Below, in pieces: positions 55,709 through 64,000 of a stretch of 64,000 nt of DNA. A model generated the notes under the pieces. That model was given only the letters and a program-made list of their open reading frames with translations. It ran no database searches and was not told where the DNA came from. Origin of the DNA: an uncultured Verrucomicrobiota bacterium (GTDB lineage Bacteria > Verrucomicrobiota > Verrucomicrobiia > Limisphaerales > CAYMCQ01); contig CAYMCQ010000002.1 of NCBI GenBank assembly GCA_964389025.1, forward strand, positions 29,867 to 93,866, written 5' to 3'. The first letter of the stretch is position 1. Every line of letters starts with the position of its first letter. A program made the position numbers and the translations under genes.

Positions 55709-56854
55709 ATGAAAACATTTACCAAAGCAACTGTAGAAACTTTTCAACGTTGGTTTTTATTTTTTTCGCTCGCTGCCTGTGCATCGCTTCAGGCCGCCGA
55801 TCATCGCGATGCGCCAGGCATTGCCGAGGACGGCCGCGCCGACTTGCTGGACGTTTATGCCTTTGTCAATCCGAACAACAGCAACATTGTGTTCGCTGCC
55901 ACAGTGAACCCATTTGTCATCGGTGGCGCGCTGCAAGTGGCGTTTTCCCCCGACGTGCTTTACCAGTTCAAAATTGACAACAATGGCGACAACAAAGAGG
56001 ACCTCGTCATTCAGGGGGTTTTCACGCCCACAGTTCCGGGACCGCAAATGGTCACGGTTCTCGGTCCGGACAAACCGCGCGCGGCTGGCCCGAAGAGCCT
56101 GCTCCTGAATGAAAAGCGGGTGATTAATTTTACGGGACTGGCCAACGGCACTGTCATTACAGGCACCAACGGAATGCGCGCCTTCGCTGGATTGCGGGAT
56201 GACCCGTTTTTCATTGACCTCATCTGGGTGTTGCGTTTGCTCGGCCTCCAGCCCGGCGGCCCGATCACAAATCGAAACGGCGGGATTGATTTCTTTAATT
56301 CTTTGAACTGCTCTATATTTGCCGTGGAAGTCCCGCCAGCCTTGTTGCGCGGAGAATCGGGTGATGTGATTCGCGTTTGGAGCACTACCAGCCGCCCGCG
56401 CACCACGGTTCGTTCCTCCAAGCCGGACAAAGAGGACAAGGACTCGCGCGTTTTTGTTCAAGTTGACCGGACTGCGCTGCCCGTCATCAACACCGTCCTG
56501 ATGCCTCCAGCTCGCAAGGATGAGTTTAACCGCGCGATACCAAGACAGGACCGCGTATTGTTCCGTGACACAGCCATCGCAAGCCTCGTGAGCGTCAACG
56601 GCGACCCGGCCTACAGCGGCATCATTGCCGACATCCTGCTCCCCGACGTGCTGACGCTCGACATGTCCAACACCGGTGGCTTTCTCAATGGCCGCAGGCC
56701 GCAAGACGACGTGGTTGATACGGTCTTAAGTGTGGCGAGCAACGGCGCGGTCACAACGGACAACGTCAACACAAACGACGTTCCGTTCCTTCCGGATTTT
56801 CCATTCTTCCCGCCGGCACACCCGGCGTCCAAGGCAATTCCGGGGCGCAACTAG
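55709..56854 (+). CDS. DUF4331-family secreted protein
   Basis: 'ADHRDAP...DLLDVYAF', 'FAGLRDDPFF', 'QVDR...P.INT' and 'NGRRPQDDVVD'. Confidence 0.8.
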   Translation: MKTFTKATVETFQRWFLFFSLAACASLQAADHRDAPGIAEDGRADLLDVYAFVNPNNSNIVFAATVNPFVIGGALQVAFSPDVLYQFKIDNNGDNKEDLVIQGVFTPTVPGPQMVTVLGPDKPRAAGPKSLLLNEKRVINFTGLANGTVITGTNGMRAFAGLRDDPFFIDLIWVLRLLGLQPGGPITNRNGGIDFFNSLNCSIFAVEVPPALLRGESGDVIRVWSTTSRPRTTVRSSKPDKEDKDSRVFVQVDRTALPVINTVLMPPARKDEFNRAIPRQDRVLFRDTAIASLVSVNGDPAYSGIIADILLPDVLTLDMSNTGGFLNGRRPQDDVVDTVLSVASNGAVTTDNVNTNDVPFLPDFPFFPPAHPASKAIPGRN

Positions 56855-56857
56855 AAC

Positions 56858-58168
56858 TTGCGTCCAGCAATTCATCTTCCCAGCGTCCAACGATTGAAAC
56901 GAAGATCGGTTTTGAACGATTTGTTCCGCTGTTGCTCCAGCGAGGCGGCACGTTTCGCCAGCAGCCTGTTACTTTTGTTGATCCTTGCCGCGTCGCATGC
57001 GGTCGCGCAAGAATCCCAGACCGACCGCGAAATCCAGTTCTGGGAAAACCGCCTGCTGCGAGACCTTCACGATTTCGTCGCGCCGACAAAACTCGGCGCG
57101 GCTTATCTGCAAAAGGCGCGCGAATCCGGCAGGCTGGATTTCTACGCAAAGGCCGAGGAAGTTCTCAAACAAGCTCTTGAGCGAAATCCAAATCACCAAA
57201 CAGCGCAAGGCTTGCTCGCTTCTGCATACATTGCGCGCCACAAGTTCGGCGATGCCATTGCGCTGGCGCGCAAGTTGACCGTGGCATTGCCCGACGAGGC
57301 GTTCGGACACGGCATTTTGGGAGATGCGCTTTTGGAAACTGGCAACGTGCGACAGGCGGAAAATGCCTATGCGAAACTCGTCAAACTCGAACCGGGACTT
57401 TTTGCATTCAGCCGCGCGGCCAACCTTTGCCACGCCAAGGGCGACATCAAAGGCGCGCTGAAGAATTTTGCGAAGGCGCTTGAAGCCGGAAAGGAAGAAA
57501 ATGCCTCAGGCGAAAATCTGGCGTGGTGCCACGTCCAGCGGGGCGGCATTTATTTCGACACGGGAAAATTCCGGCAAGCCGAGGAACATTATCAGGCCGC
57601 GCTAAAAATCCTTCCGGGTTACTATGTCGCGCTGGAGCACCTTGCCGAACTGCGAGCGGCGCAGGAAAAATTTGGCGATGCGCTCGCGCTTTATCAGAAA
57701 GCAGCCGCTTCGTCGCCCCGACCGGAATTGTTTCAGGCCATTGCCGAGCTTTACATTTTCATGGGCAAGCCCGCCGAAGCCGGGCCGTGGAGCGACCGCG
57801 CACTGGCGGGCTATCGCGCGTCCGTCGGACGCGGCGAAGTCCATTACTACCATCACCTCGCCACGTTTTATTTGAGCGTCAGGCTTGACCCGGCGGAAGC
57901 GCTCAACTGGGCGCGCAAAGATTTGGAGATCCGTCAGGGCGGCGCGAGTTACGAGACACTCGCGTGGGCGCTGCATTTGAACGGCAAATCTGCCGAGGCA
58001 ATCGAGCCGCTGCAAAAGGCGCTGTCCTTTGGCACGGTGGACGCGCGCCTGTTTCAAAGCGCTGCGGAGATTTACAAAATGGCGGGGCAGGAATCGAAAG
58101 CAAAACAATTTTTCAAACGGGCAAATCGCGTCAACCCGTATCATCTTCGATTTCACGCCAGCGTGTGA
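56858..58168 (+). CDS. tetratricopeptide-repeat protein
   Basis: Repeated TPR-like helices ('AEEHYQAALKILPGY'); adjacent to the DUF4331 gene. Confidence 0.85.
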   Translation: MRPAIHLPSVQRLKRRSVLNDLFRCCSSEAARFASSLLLLLILAASHAVAQESQTDREIQFWENRLLRDLHDFVAPTKLGAAYLQKARESGRLDFYAKAEEVLKQALERNPNHQTAQGLLASAYIARHKFGDAIALARKLTVALPDEAFGHGILGDALLETGNVRQAENAYAKLVKLEPGLFAFSRAANLCHAKGDIKGALKNFAKALEAGKEENASGENLAWCHVQRGGIYFDTGKFRQAEEHYQAALKILPGYYVALEHLAELRAAQEKFGDALALYQKAAASSPRPELFQAIAELYIFMGKPAEAGPWSDRALAGYRASVGRGEVHYYHHLATFYLSVRLDPAEALNWARKDLEIRQGGASYETLAWALHLNGKSAEAIEPLQKALSFGTVDARLFQSAAEIYKMAGQESKAKQFFKRANRVNPYHLRFHASV

Positions 58169-58172
58169 GCCG

Positions 58173-59417
58173 CTAACGCGAAACCTTCTGCATCTCCTTC
58201 GCCACCGCCTCCGCGCCGCGCATTGCGCGCAGCGCGTTCAGCCCGGCGACTTTTTTCAGATCGTCGTTGCTGTAGCCGCGGCGTTTCAACTCAGCAAGCA
58301 ACGCGGGATATTTGCTCACATCTTCCAATCCAATCGGCGGGCCGCTGAAACCCTCGAAGTCCGCGCCGATGCCGATGTGGTCAATGCCGGCGATTTTACG
58401 GACATGGTCAATGTGGTCCGCCACGTCGCTCAACTCCGCCTCGCGCGGGCCGGGATGCGATTTGCGCCAGGTCTGGATTTCTTCTTCTACCTTCGCCGGA
58501 TTGTCCGGATGAAGTTTTTTCAAGCGATCTTCCTCATCCTGCACGAGGACGAAGTGCGCGCGGTTTCGTTCGGTCAAATAGCCGGGCAGGAAACAGATCA
58601 TGATGACGCCGCCGTTGGCCGGGAGCATTTTCAAAACATCGTCGGGCACGTTGCGCGGATGATTACAGAGCGCGCGCGTGGAGGAATGGGAAAAAATCAC
58701 CGGCGCGCGTGCCACACGCAAAACGTGGCGCATCGTCTCGTCGGAAACATGCGAGAGGTCAACCAACATGCCGAGGCGGTTCATCTCGTGGACAACTTTC
58801 TCGCCGAATTCCGTGAGACCATGATGCTTCGGGTCGTCATTGGCGGAATCGGCCCACTCGGTGTTCTTCGTGTGCGTGAGCGTCATGTAACGCGCGCCGA
58901 GCGAGTAGGTCATGCGCAGCACCGCGAGCGAGTTGTCAATCGAATGACCGCCTTCCATGCCGATGAGCGACGCGATTTTTCCCTTGCGATGAATCCGCTC
59001 CACGTCGTCCGCCGTGAGCGCCAGCTCGAACGCATCGGGATAACGCGCGCACATCTGGTGAACGACATCAATCTGCTCCAGCACCGCGCGGACGGCGATG
59101 GAACCGCTCATCGTCGAAGGGATGTAAACCGACCAGAACTGTCCGCCGACGCCGCCAGCGCGCAATCGCGGAATGTCGGTGACCATGCCCAACGAACTTG
59201 TGTCGCTCGAAAGATCAATGGCGTTCATGTCATTGCCGCGCTTGCGATATTGCCACGGCACATCGTTGTGTCCGTCAATGAGCGGGACGGAGCGGAGGAG
59301 TTTTTTGACGGCGGCGATGTCTGCGGAGTCGGTGGAATTTTTCACGGCAGGTAGTTGGGCGAAAGTGGAAAACGCAATGATGAATAACGAACCGGCGATG
59401 AATCGAAGTGGTTTCAT
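58173..59417 (-). CDS. membrane dipeptidase (peptidase M19)
   Basis: '[11 protein letters not shown]', 'GGQFWSVY', 'IGMEGGH', 'VDLSHVS', 'FSHSS' and 'IGIGADFEG'. Confidence 0.93.
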   Translation of the reverse strand: MKPLRFIAGSLFIIAFSTFAQLPAVKNSTDSADIAAVKKLLRSVPLIDGHNDVPWQYRKRGNDMNAIDLSSDTSSLGMVTDIPRLRAGGVGGQFWSVYIPSTMSGSIAVRAVLEQIDVVHQMCARYPDAFELALTADDVERIHRKGKIASLIGMEGGHSIDNSLAVLRMTYSLGARYMTLTHTKNTEWADSANDDPKHHGLTEFGEKVVHEMNRLGMLVDLSHVSDETMRHVLRVARAPVIFSHSSTRALCNHPRNVPDDVLKMLPANGGVIMICFLPGYLTERNRAHFVLVQDEEDRLKKLHPDNPAKVEEEIQTWRKSHPGPREAELSDVADHIDHVRKIAGIDHIGIGADFEGFSGPPIGLEDVSKYPALLAELKRRGYSNDDLKKVAGLNALRAMRGAEAVAKEMQKVSR

Positions 59418-59541
59418 TGGCAACGATTGTGACTGTGCTGTAGAATCTACGAAATTAAAAAGTTTCCAACAATCGGCTTGTTTCATTCAGTGGCTTGCCG
59501 TTTTCTTTTCGCATGAAAAAAGCAACACATCGAAACGTTTT

Positions 59542-59751
59542 ATGACAATCGAATTCGTTGAAGACATCGACCTCGCTCTTCGCAAGAGCCTTCAGGGGCG
59601 TGTAACAAATCGGCAGCGCTTCAAGCGTGGAGAAATTCATCATGTCGAATTCCTCGGTGAGGATTCCGACCTCGAAACCATCGACATTCAATTCGCGGAC
59701 GGGCTGTTCGCAATTAAAGTTCCACGATTGGCCATTGACGCGACACCCTGA
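59542..59751 (+). CDS. small hypothetical protein
   Basis: A 69-aa ORF filling the gap between the dipeptidase and the exonuclease gene. Confidence 0.3.
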   Translation: MTIEFVEDIDLALRKSLQGRVTNRQRFKRGEIHHVEFLGEDSDLETIDIQFADGLFAIKVPRLAIDATP

Positions 59752-59832
59752 TTCCTAGGGCTGAAGGCTCGAAAGAGTCCGGGCTGACGGGCCGGGGCGG
59801 TTGGGGTTGTGCTCCGCCAATTGCGACCACTG

Positions 59833-61551
59833 CTACTTCAACACCTGTTGCCAAAACCGATATTCTGCTTCCAGCAGGCGTTTGATGTAATTGTCGTCTC
59901 GATCAACGGTTACGAGCACTTCAGGGCAGTTTGGCAGGTAGCACCAAAAATCAATCGATGTAAGGCCGGTGACAGCAAGCGCGTGCTGTAGTTGACCATA
60001 GTAGTAGTCGGGAACCCTGCCGCTAGCTGACGTTTTCCGATAAACGGAATTGCCGCATTTGATTTCGACGACCGCGCTTCCGTCCGCCGATAAGCCGTCA
60101 ACGCTCGCACGCAACCACTCGTATTGCTTGCTCTCGAGACAAGCGGGCTGAACATCAAAGCCACGGTGTAAGATATATTTCTTGCGCGCCTCCGGTTCAA
60201 GCATGGTCCCGCGCGCCATCGCTTCGTTCTCAATTTGGTCTCTTGGCGCACCGCGTTTGTGCCGCAGCAATTCAGAAACATCTTTCCAAGGATTTTCTCC
60301 CATTATCACTGGCGCATCCGATGCCCCAATCCCCTTGTGTCGCCACTCCAACCATTCACGAGTTCCCTGATTGAGTTGAACAATCGTGTAGTGTGGAGAA
60401 TTTATTGGGGCACTTTGAAGTGAATCGGCCACCTCAATCGCTTGACGAGGCTTTTCGAAGGCGAGCTCAACAGGACTGCCGGTGACTTTCTGAAGAAAGT
60501 TTTTTAGCTCCTCCTTTTCTTCTTTGGTGATGACGCCGTCTTCCAAAATGCGCTCCATCGTTTGAGCAATTTCAGATGCCGGCCATTCGGTTGTGAAGCT
60601 TGCATCCTCCAGCCACGAATTCAAAAATTTCACTTCTGCGGTTGTAATTTTGTCATCGGCAATCAAACCCCGGCAAATGCCAATAAGCTCTGACATTGCT
60701 TTGGGCGTGTCGGCTTTCTTGACTGGCTGTTTCGTGGTCGGTGGCGTCTGACTAAGCGCAAGGAACTCGGCACAATCGTGATTGGCAATCCAATCGCCGA
60801 TCCCTACTCGCCAAACGTAGTATGCTTCAAGCCCCGCACTTTGGGCGACCTGCCAAGCCGAAACTGGGCCGTGGGGATTCTTGGCGGCATCAATAAAATA
60901 CCACTCGTCTTTAAGCGCAGGCGGCTTCGTGACGCTGACGGATGCGCCACGGATAATAATGTCTCGGCATTTTGCGACAGGCGTTTGCTTGGCGAACGTT
61001 GCAATTGCGTCGTAAGTATCAAGCTTCGCTGTTTCCAATCGTGGCCGATAAACTTTCTGGAACAATTCTACAACTGTCAGAACGTCATTTTTCGCCCGAT
61101 GGCTTTGTGATGGTGTAATGCGAAACTGTTCTTTCAAAATCTCAAGCCGGTAACTTTGCGTTTCTGTCACCAGTCGCCGAGCAAGCATCATGCAACAGAA
61201 TCCGCGTTGGCCAATGTCAGGAAGGCCAAGCCTTACCCATTCTGGTTGAAGACAACGATTCCAGTCGAAACTAAGATTGTGAGCAATGAGAGGGTAATCT
61301 TGTGCGTAATCCCGGAACAACTCATAGACACGCTCGGGCTTCTCACCGTGCTGCCTCAAATACTCTCGGGAATAACCGTGAATCGCCTCAGCCGCAGGAT
61401 CAACAGGAACGTCATGGTTCAAAAGCATTCTGAACGGTTCTCCTACTGAATCCCAACCGTCCATCAATTGCCCAGATAACTCAACAACGTGAATTGGCTC
61501 GTAGAGGCCGTCGGTTTCGGTATCAATGATTACCCAGCGTTTTCCATTCAT
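59833..61551 (-). CDS. DEDDh 3'-5' exonuclease fused to a YqaJ/lambda-exonuclease domain
   Basis: 'IIDTETDGL', 'AHNLSFD' and 'HRAKNDV'; C-terminal 'QGTREWLEWRHKGIGASD', 'ASVDG', 'VEIKC' and 'YYGQLQH'. Confidence 0.85.
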   Translation of the reverse strand: MNGKRWVIIDTETDGLYEPIHVVELSGQLMDGWDSVGEPFRMLLNHDVPVDPAAEAIHGYSREYLRQHGEKPERVYELFRDYAQDYPLIAHNLSFDWNRCLQPEWVRLGLPDIGQRGFCCMMLARRLVTETQSYRLEILKEQFRITPSQSHRAKNDVLTVVELFQKVYRPRLETAKLDTYDAIATFAKQTPVAKCRDIIIRGASVSVTKPPALKDEWYFIDAAKNPHGPVSAWQVAQSAGLEAYYVWRVGIGDWIANHDCAEFLALSQTPPTTKQPVKKADTPKAMSELIGICRGLIADDKITTAEVKFLNSWLEDASFTTEWPASEIAQTMERILEDGVITKEEKEELKNFLQKVTGSPVELAFEKPRQAIEVADSLQSAPINSPHYTIVQLNQGTREWLEWRHKGIGASDAPVIMGENPWKDVSELLRHKRGAPRDQIENEAMARGTMLEPEARKKYILHRGFDVQPACLESKQYEWLRASVDGLSADGSAVVEIKCGNSVYRKTSASGRVPDYYYGQLQHALAVTGLTSIDFWCYLPNCPEVLVTVDRDDNYIKRLLEAEYRFWQQVLK

Positions 61552-61585
61552 AGTTTGTGTCGTATGTCGAGTTGTTGCAATTGAA

Positions 61586-63568
61586 CTACTGCTTTCCCTT
61601 CACCAGCGCCTCCACCACTCCGGGATCGGCCAGCGTCGAGGTATCGCCGATCTGGTCGGTCTGGTTCTCGGCGATTTTGCGGAGGATGCGGCGCATGATT
61701 TTGCCGGAGCGCGTTTTCGGCAGGCCGGGCGCGAATTGAATCTTGTCCGGCACGGCAATCGGCCCGATTTCCTTTCGCACGTGCAGCGCAAGTTCCTTTT
61801 TCAATTCGTCACTCGGTTCGACGTGGTCCTTGAGCGTGATGAAGGCGTAGAGGCCCTGGCCCTTGATCTCGTGCGGCATCGGCGCGACGGCGGCCTCCGC
61901 GACTTTCGCGTGACTCACCAGCGCGCTCTCGACTTCCGCGGTGCCGATGCGATGACCGGAGACGTTCACCACGTCGTCCACGCGGCCCAGCAGCCAGTAA
62001 TCGCCGTCTTTGTCCACGCGGCAGCCGTCGCCAGTGAAGTAAATGTTTTTGAACATCGTGAAGTAGGTGTCAATGAAACGGTCGTGATCGCCCCAGGTGG
62101 TGCGCATGATGCCGGGCCAGGGTTTCTTGATGCACAACTTGCCGCCTTCGTTCGGCGCGCATTCGCTGCCGTCGTCGCGCAACACCACCGGCTCGACGCC
62201 GAAGAACGGCCGGCTCGCGCTGCCGGGTTTAAGCGTGTGTGCGCCGGGCAGCGCGGTGATGAGGATGCCGCCGGTCTCCGTCTGCCACCAGGTGTCCACG
62301 ATGGGGCAACGGCCTTTGCCGATGACGCGGTGATACCACAGCCACGCCTCGGGATTGATCGGCTCGCCGACGGTGCCGAGCGTGCGCAGCGAACTCATGT
62401 CGTGTTTGTTCGGCCATTCTTCGCCGAGGCGGATGAGCGAGCGGATGGCGGTGGGCGCGGTGTAAAAAACCGTGACCTTGAACTTCTCGACAATTCTCCA
62501 GAAGCGGCCCGCATCGGGGAACGTCGGCACGCCCTCGAACATCAGCGTCGTCGCGCCGTTGCAGAGCGGGCCATAAACGCCGTAGCTGTGGCCGGTGACC
62601 CAGCCGATGTCCGCCGTGCAAAAATAAACGTCGTCGTCGTGAACATCGAAGACGTATTTGTGCGTGAGCGCGGCGTGGAGCAGATAACCGGCGGTGCTGT
62701 GGACGACGCCCTTGGGCTTCCCCGTCGAGCCGCTCGTGTAGAGCATGAACAGATAATCCTCCGCCTTCATCGGCTCGGGCGCGCAATCGGGCGATGCTTT
62801 CGCCATGAGTTCGTGATACCAGAGATCGCGACCGGCAGTCATGTTGCAGGGCGTGTCGTTTCGTTTGAACACGACAACTTTTTCAATCGTCGGCGTTTGC
62901 TTCAGCGCGGCGTCGGCAATGTCCTTCAATAAAATCGGTTTGCCCGCGCGCAAACCGGCGTTCGCCGTGATGAGCAACTTGCAGGTCGAGTCATTGATGC
63001 GCCCTGCGAGCGAATCCGCGCTGAAGCCGCCGAACACGATGGAATGGATTGCGCCGATGCGCGTGCAAGCAAGCATCGCAACGGCGGCTTCGGGCACCAT
63101 CGGCATGTAAATGGAGACGCGGTCTCCCTTTTTCACGCCGAGAGATTTCAGGACGTTGGCGAATTTGCACGTCTCGCGGTGGAGTTGCTCGTAGGTGAGC
63201 GTCTGGACGTCGTCCTCCGGCTCGCCCTGCCAGATGATCGCGGGTTTGGTGCGATGCGCGGTCTTGAGATGGCGGTCAAGGCAATTGACGCTGAGATTCA
63301 GCACGCCGTCCTCGAACCATGTGTGTTGAATCTTCCGCGCCGCAGTGTCCCAAGTGAATTTTCGCGCGACGGTCGGCTTCTTGAACCATTCGAGCGTCGC
63401 CGCCTGTTCCAACCAGAACTTGTCCGGCTCGTTCACCGAGCTTTCATACATTTTTTTGTAAGTCTCGGCGTTGGCGTGCGCGCGTTTCACGGCATCGGCC
63501 GGCGGCGGGAAGGTGCGGCCTTCTTGTTGCAATGACTCGGTGGAGATGGTTTTGGCGTTCGTGGGCAT
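61586..63568 (-). CDS. acs: acetyl-CoA synthetase
   Basis: '[12 protein letters not shown]', '[11 protein letters not shown]', '[13 protein letters not shown]' and '[13 protein letters not shown]'; probable start MPTNAK at 63568. Confidence 0.96.
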   Translation of the reverse strand: MPTNAKTISTESLQQEGRTFPPPADAVKRAHANAETYKKMYESSVNEPDKFWLEQAATLEWFKKPTVARKFTWDTAARKIQHTWFEDGVLNLSVNCLDRHLKTAHRTKPAIIWQGEPEDDVQTLTYEQLHRETCKFANVLKSLGVKKGDRVSIYMPMVPEAAVAMLACTRIGAIHSIVFGGFSADSLAGRINDSTCKLLITANAGLRAGKPILLKDIADAALKQTPTIEKVVVFKRNDTPCNMTAGRDLWYHELMAKASPDCAPEPMKAEDYLFMLYTSGSTGKPKGVVHSTAGYLLHAALTHKYVFDVHDDDVYFCTADIGWVTGHSYGVYGPLCNGATTLMFEGVPTFPDAGRFWRIVEKFKVTVFYTAPTAIRSLIRLGEEWPNKHDMSSLRTLGTVGEPINPEAWLWYHRVIGKGRCPIVDTWWQTETGGILITALPGAHTLKPGSASRPFFGVEPVVLRDDGSECAPNEGGKLCIKKPWPGIMRTTWGDHDRFIDTYFTMFKNIYFTGDGCRVDKDGDYWLLGRVDDVVNVSGHRIGTAEVESALVSHAKVAEAAVAPMPHEIKGQGLYAFITLKDHVEPSDELKKELALHVRKEIGPIAVPDKIQFAPGLPKTRSGKIMRRILRKIAENQTDQIGDTSTLADPGVVEALVKGKQ

Positions 63569-63683
63569 AATAAATAATGAAAAAGTGTCCCGGCATTTTA
63601 GAAGCGGGTAGGCAAGCGTCAATCGTGGAAAACTCCTGTTAAATTTGAATGGAAACTTTTTCGCCATCAGCCACAATCCCCGC

Positions 63684-64000
63684 ATGGCAGACGACACGAT
63701 AGTCTTCACAAAACCGGCGGCGGATGAAATCCAGCCGGGTTGGAATGATTTGAAAATGCGCGTCGCGCAACTCGAAGCCGAACGCATCGCACTGCAGCAA
63801 GACAACAAACAGCTTCGCTCGCTTCTCGAACGGGTCGCCGAGCATCGCCAGAAATCGCACTCGGAACTGGTCAACCTTCTTGCTGGGTTGGTGAGCAAGC
63901 TGCCCATCCAGGACGTCGGCGGCGTCGTTTCGAATCTCATCGAGCACAACACCAACGTGAACCAGTATCTCGCCGCACTGCTCAAAGGCACGGCGGAAGC
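63684..64000 (+). CDS. hypothetical coiled-coil protein, 3' partial
   Basis: Open from ATG 63684 (MADDTIVF...[23 protein letters not shown]) to the window end. Confidence 0.6.
   Translation, partial: MADDTIVFTKPAADEIQPGWNDLKMRVAQLEAERIALQQDNKQLRSLLERVAEHRQKSHSELVNLLAGLVSKLPIQDVGGVVSNLIEHNTNVNQYLAALLKGTAE

Noticed and set aside
63569-63991. N-terminal extension of the 801-aa acs ORF
   Set aside because: The Acs-like sequence begins at MPTNAK (63568). The extension is antisense to a plausible plus-strand gene starting at 63684.
1-64000. CRISPR array, cas genes, rRNA, or prophage structural genes
   Set aside because: No regularly spaced repeat-spacer units or such genes were seen.

Overview
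A 64 kb bacterial chromosomal window. Gene style (secreted Ig/beta-rich proteins with a shared C-terminal tail, tandem ABC-2 permeases) suggests Verrucomicrobiota; this is inference. About two-thirds of it is a ~43.3 kb integrated element bounded by a 13-bp direct repeat TGGCGGAGAGAGA (5000-5012 and 48334-48346), the reverse complement of the 3' end of a minus-strand tRNA-Ser(GCT) at 48334-48425. The most striking observation is that the element's large serine recombinase (46870-48390) runs through the att core. In the integrated state its last 14 aa come from antisense tRNA. Joining the two ends puts it exactly in frame with an XRE-type HTH ORF at the far end (5012-5269), predicting a 577-aa integrase-HTH fusion only in the excised circle. 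Cargo includes a secreted partner/RHS toxin/lipoprotein trio, a second serine-recombinase module, two secreted nucleases, a decayed primase-ArdC/RadC backbone, a tightly coupled AT-rich operon (helical-barrel protein, MinD/ParA ATPase, HD phosphohydrolase, YkgJ Fe-S protein) facing a SET gene that looks like an undescribed defence system, a NUDIX-like orphan, and a coupling-protein-like ATPase fused to a PD-(D/E)xK-like domain. The flanks hold a sulfatase, ABC permeases, an esterase-gluconolactonase fusion, tRNA-Arg(ACG), a DUF4331+TPR pair, a dipeptidase, a DEDDh-YqaJ double-exonuclease fusion and acs. All domain calls come from motif recognition by eye; no searches were run.
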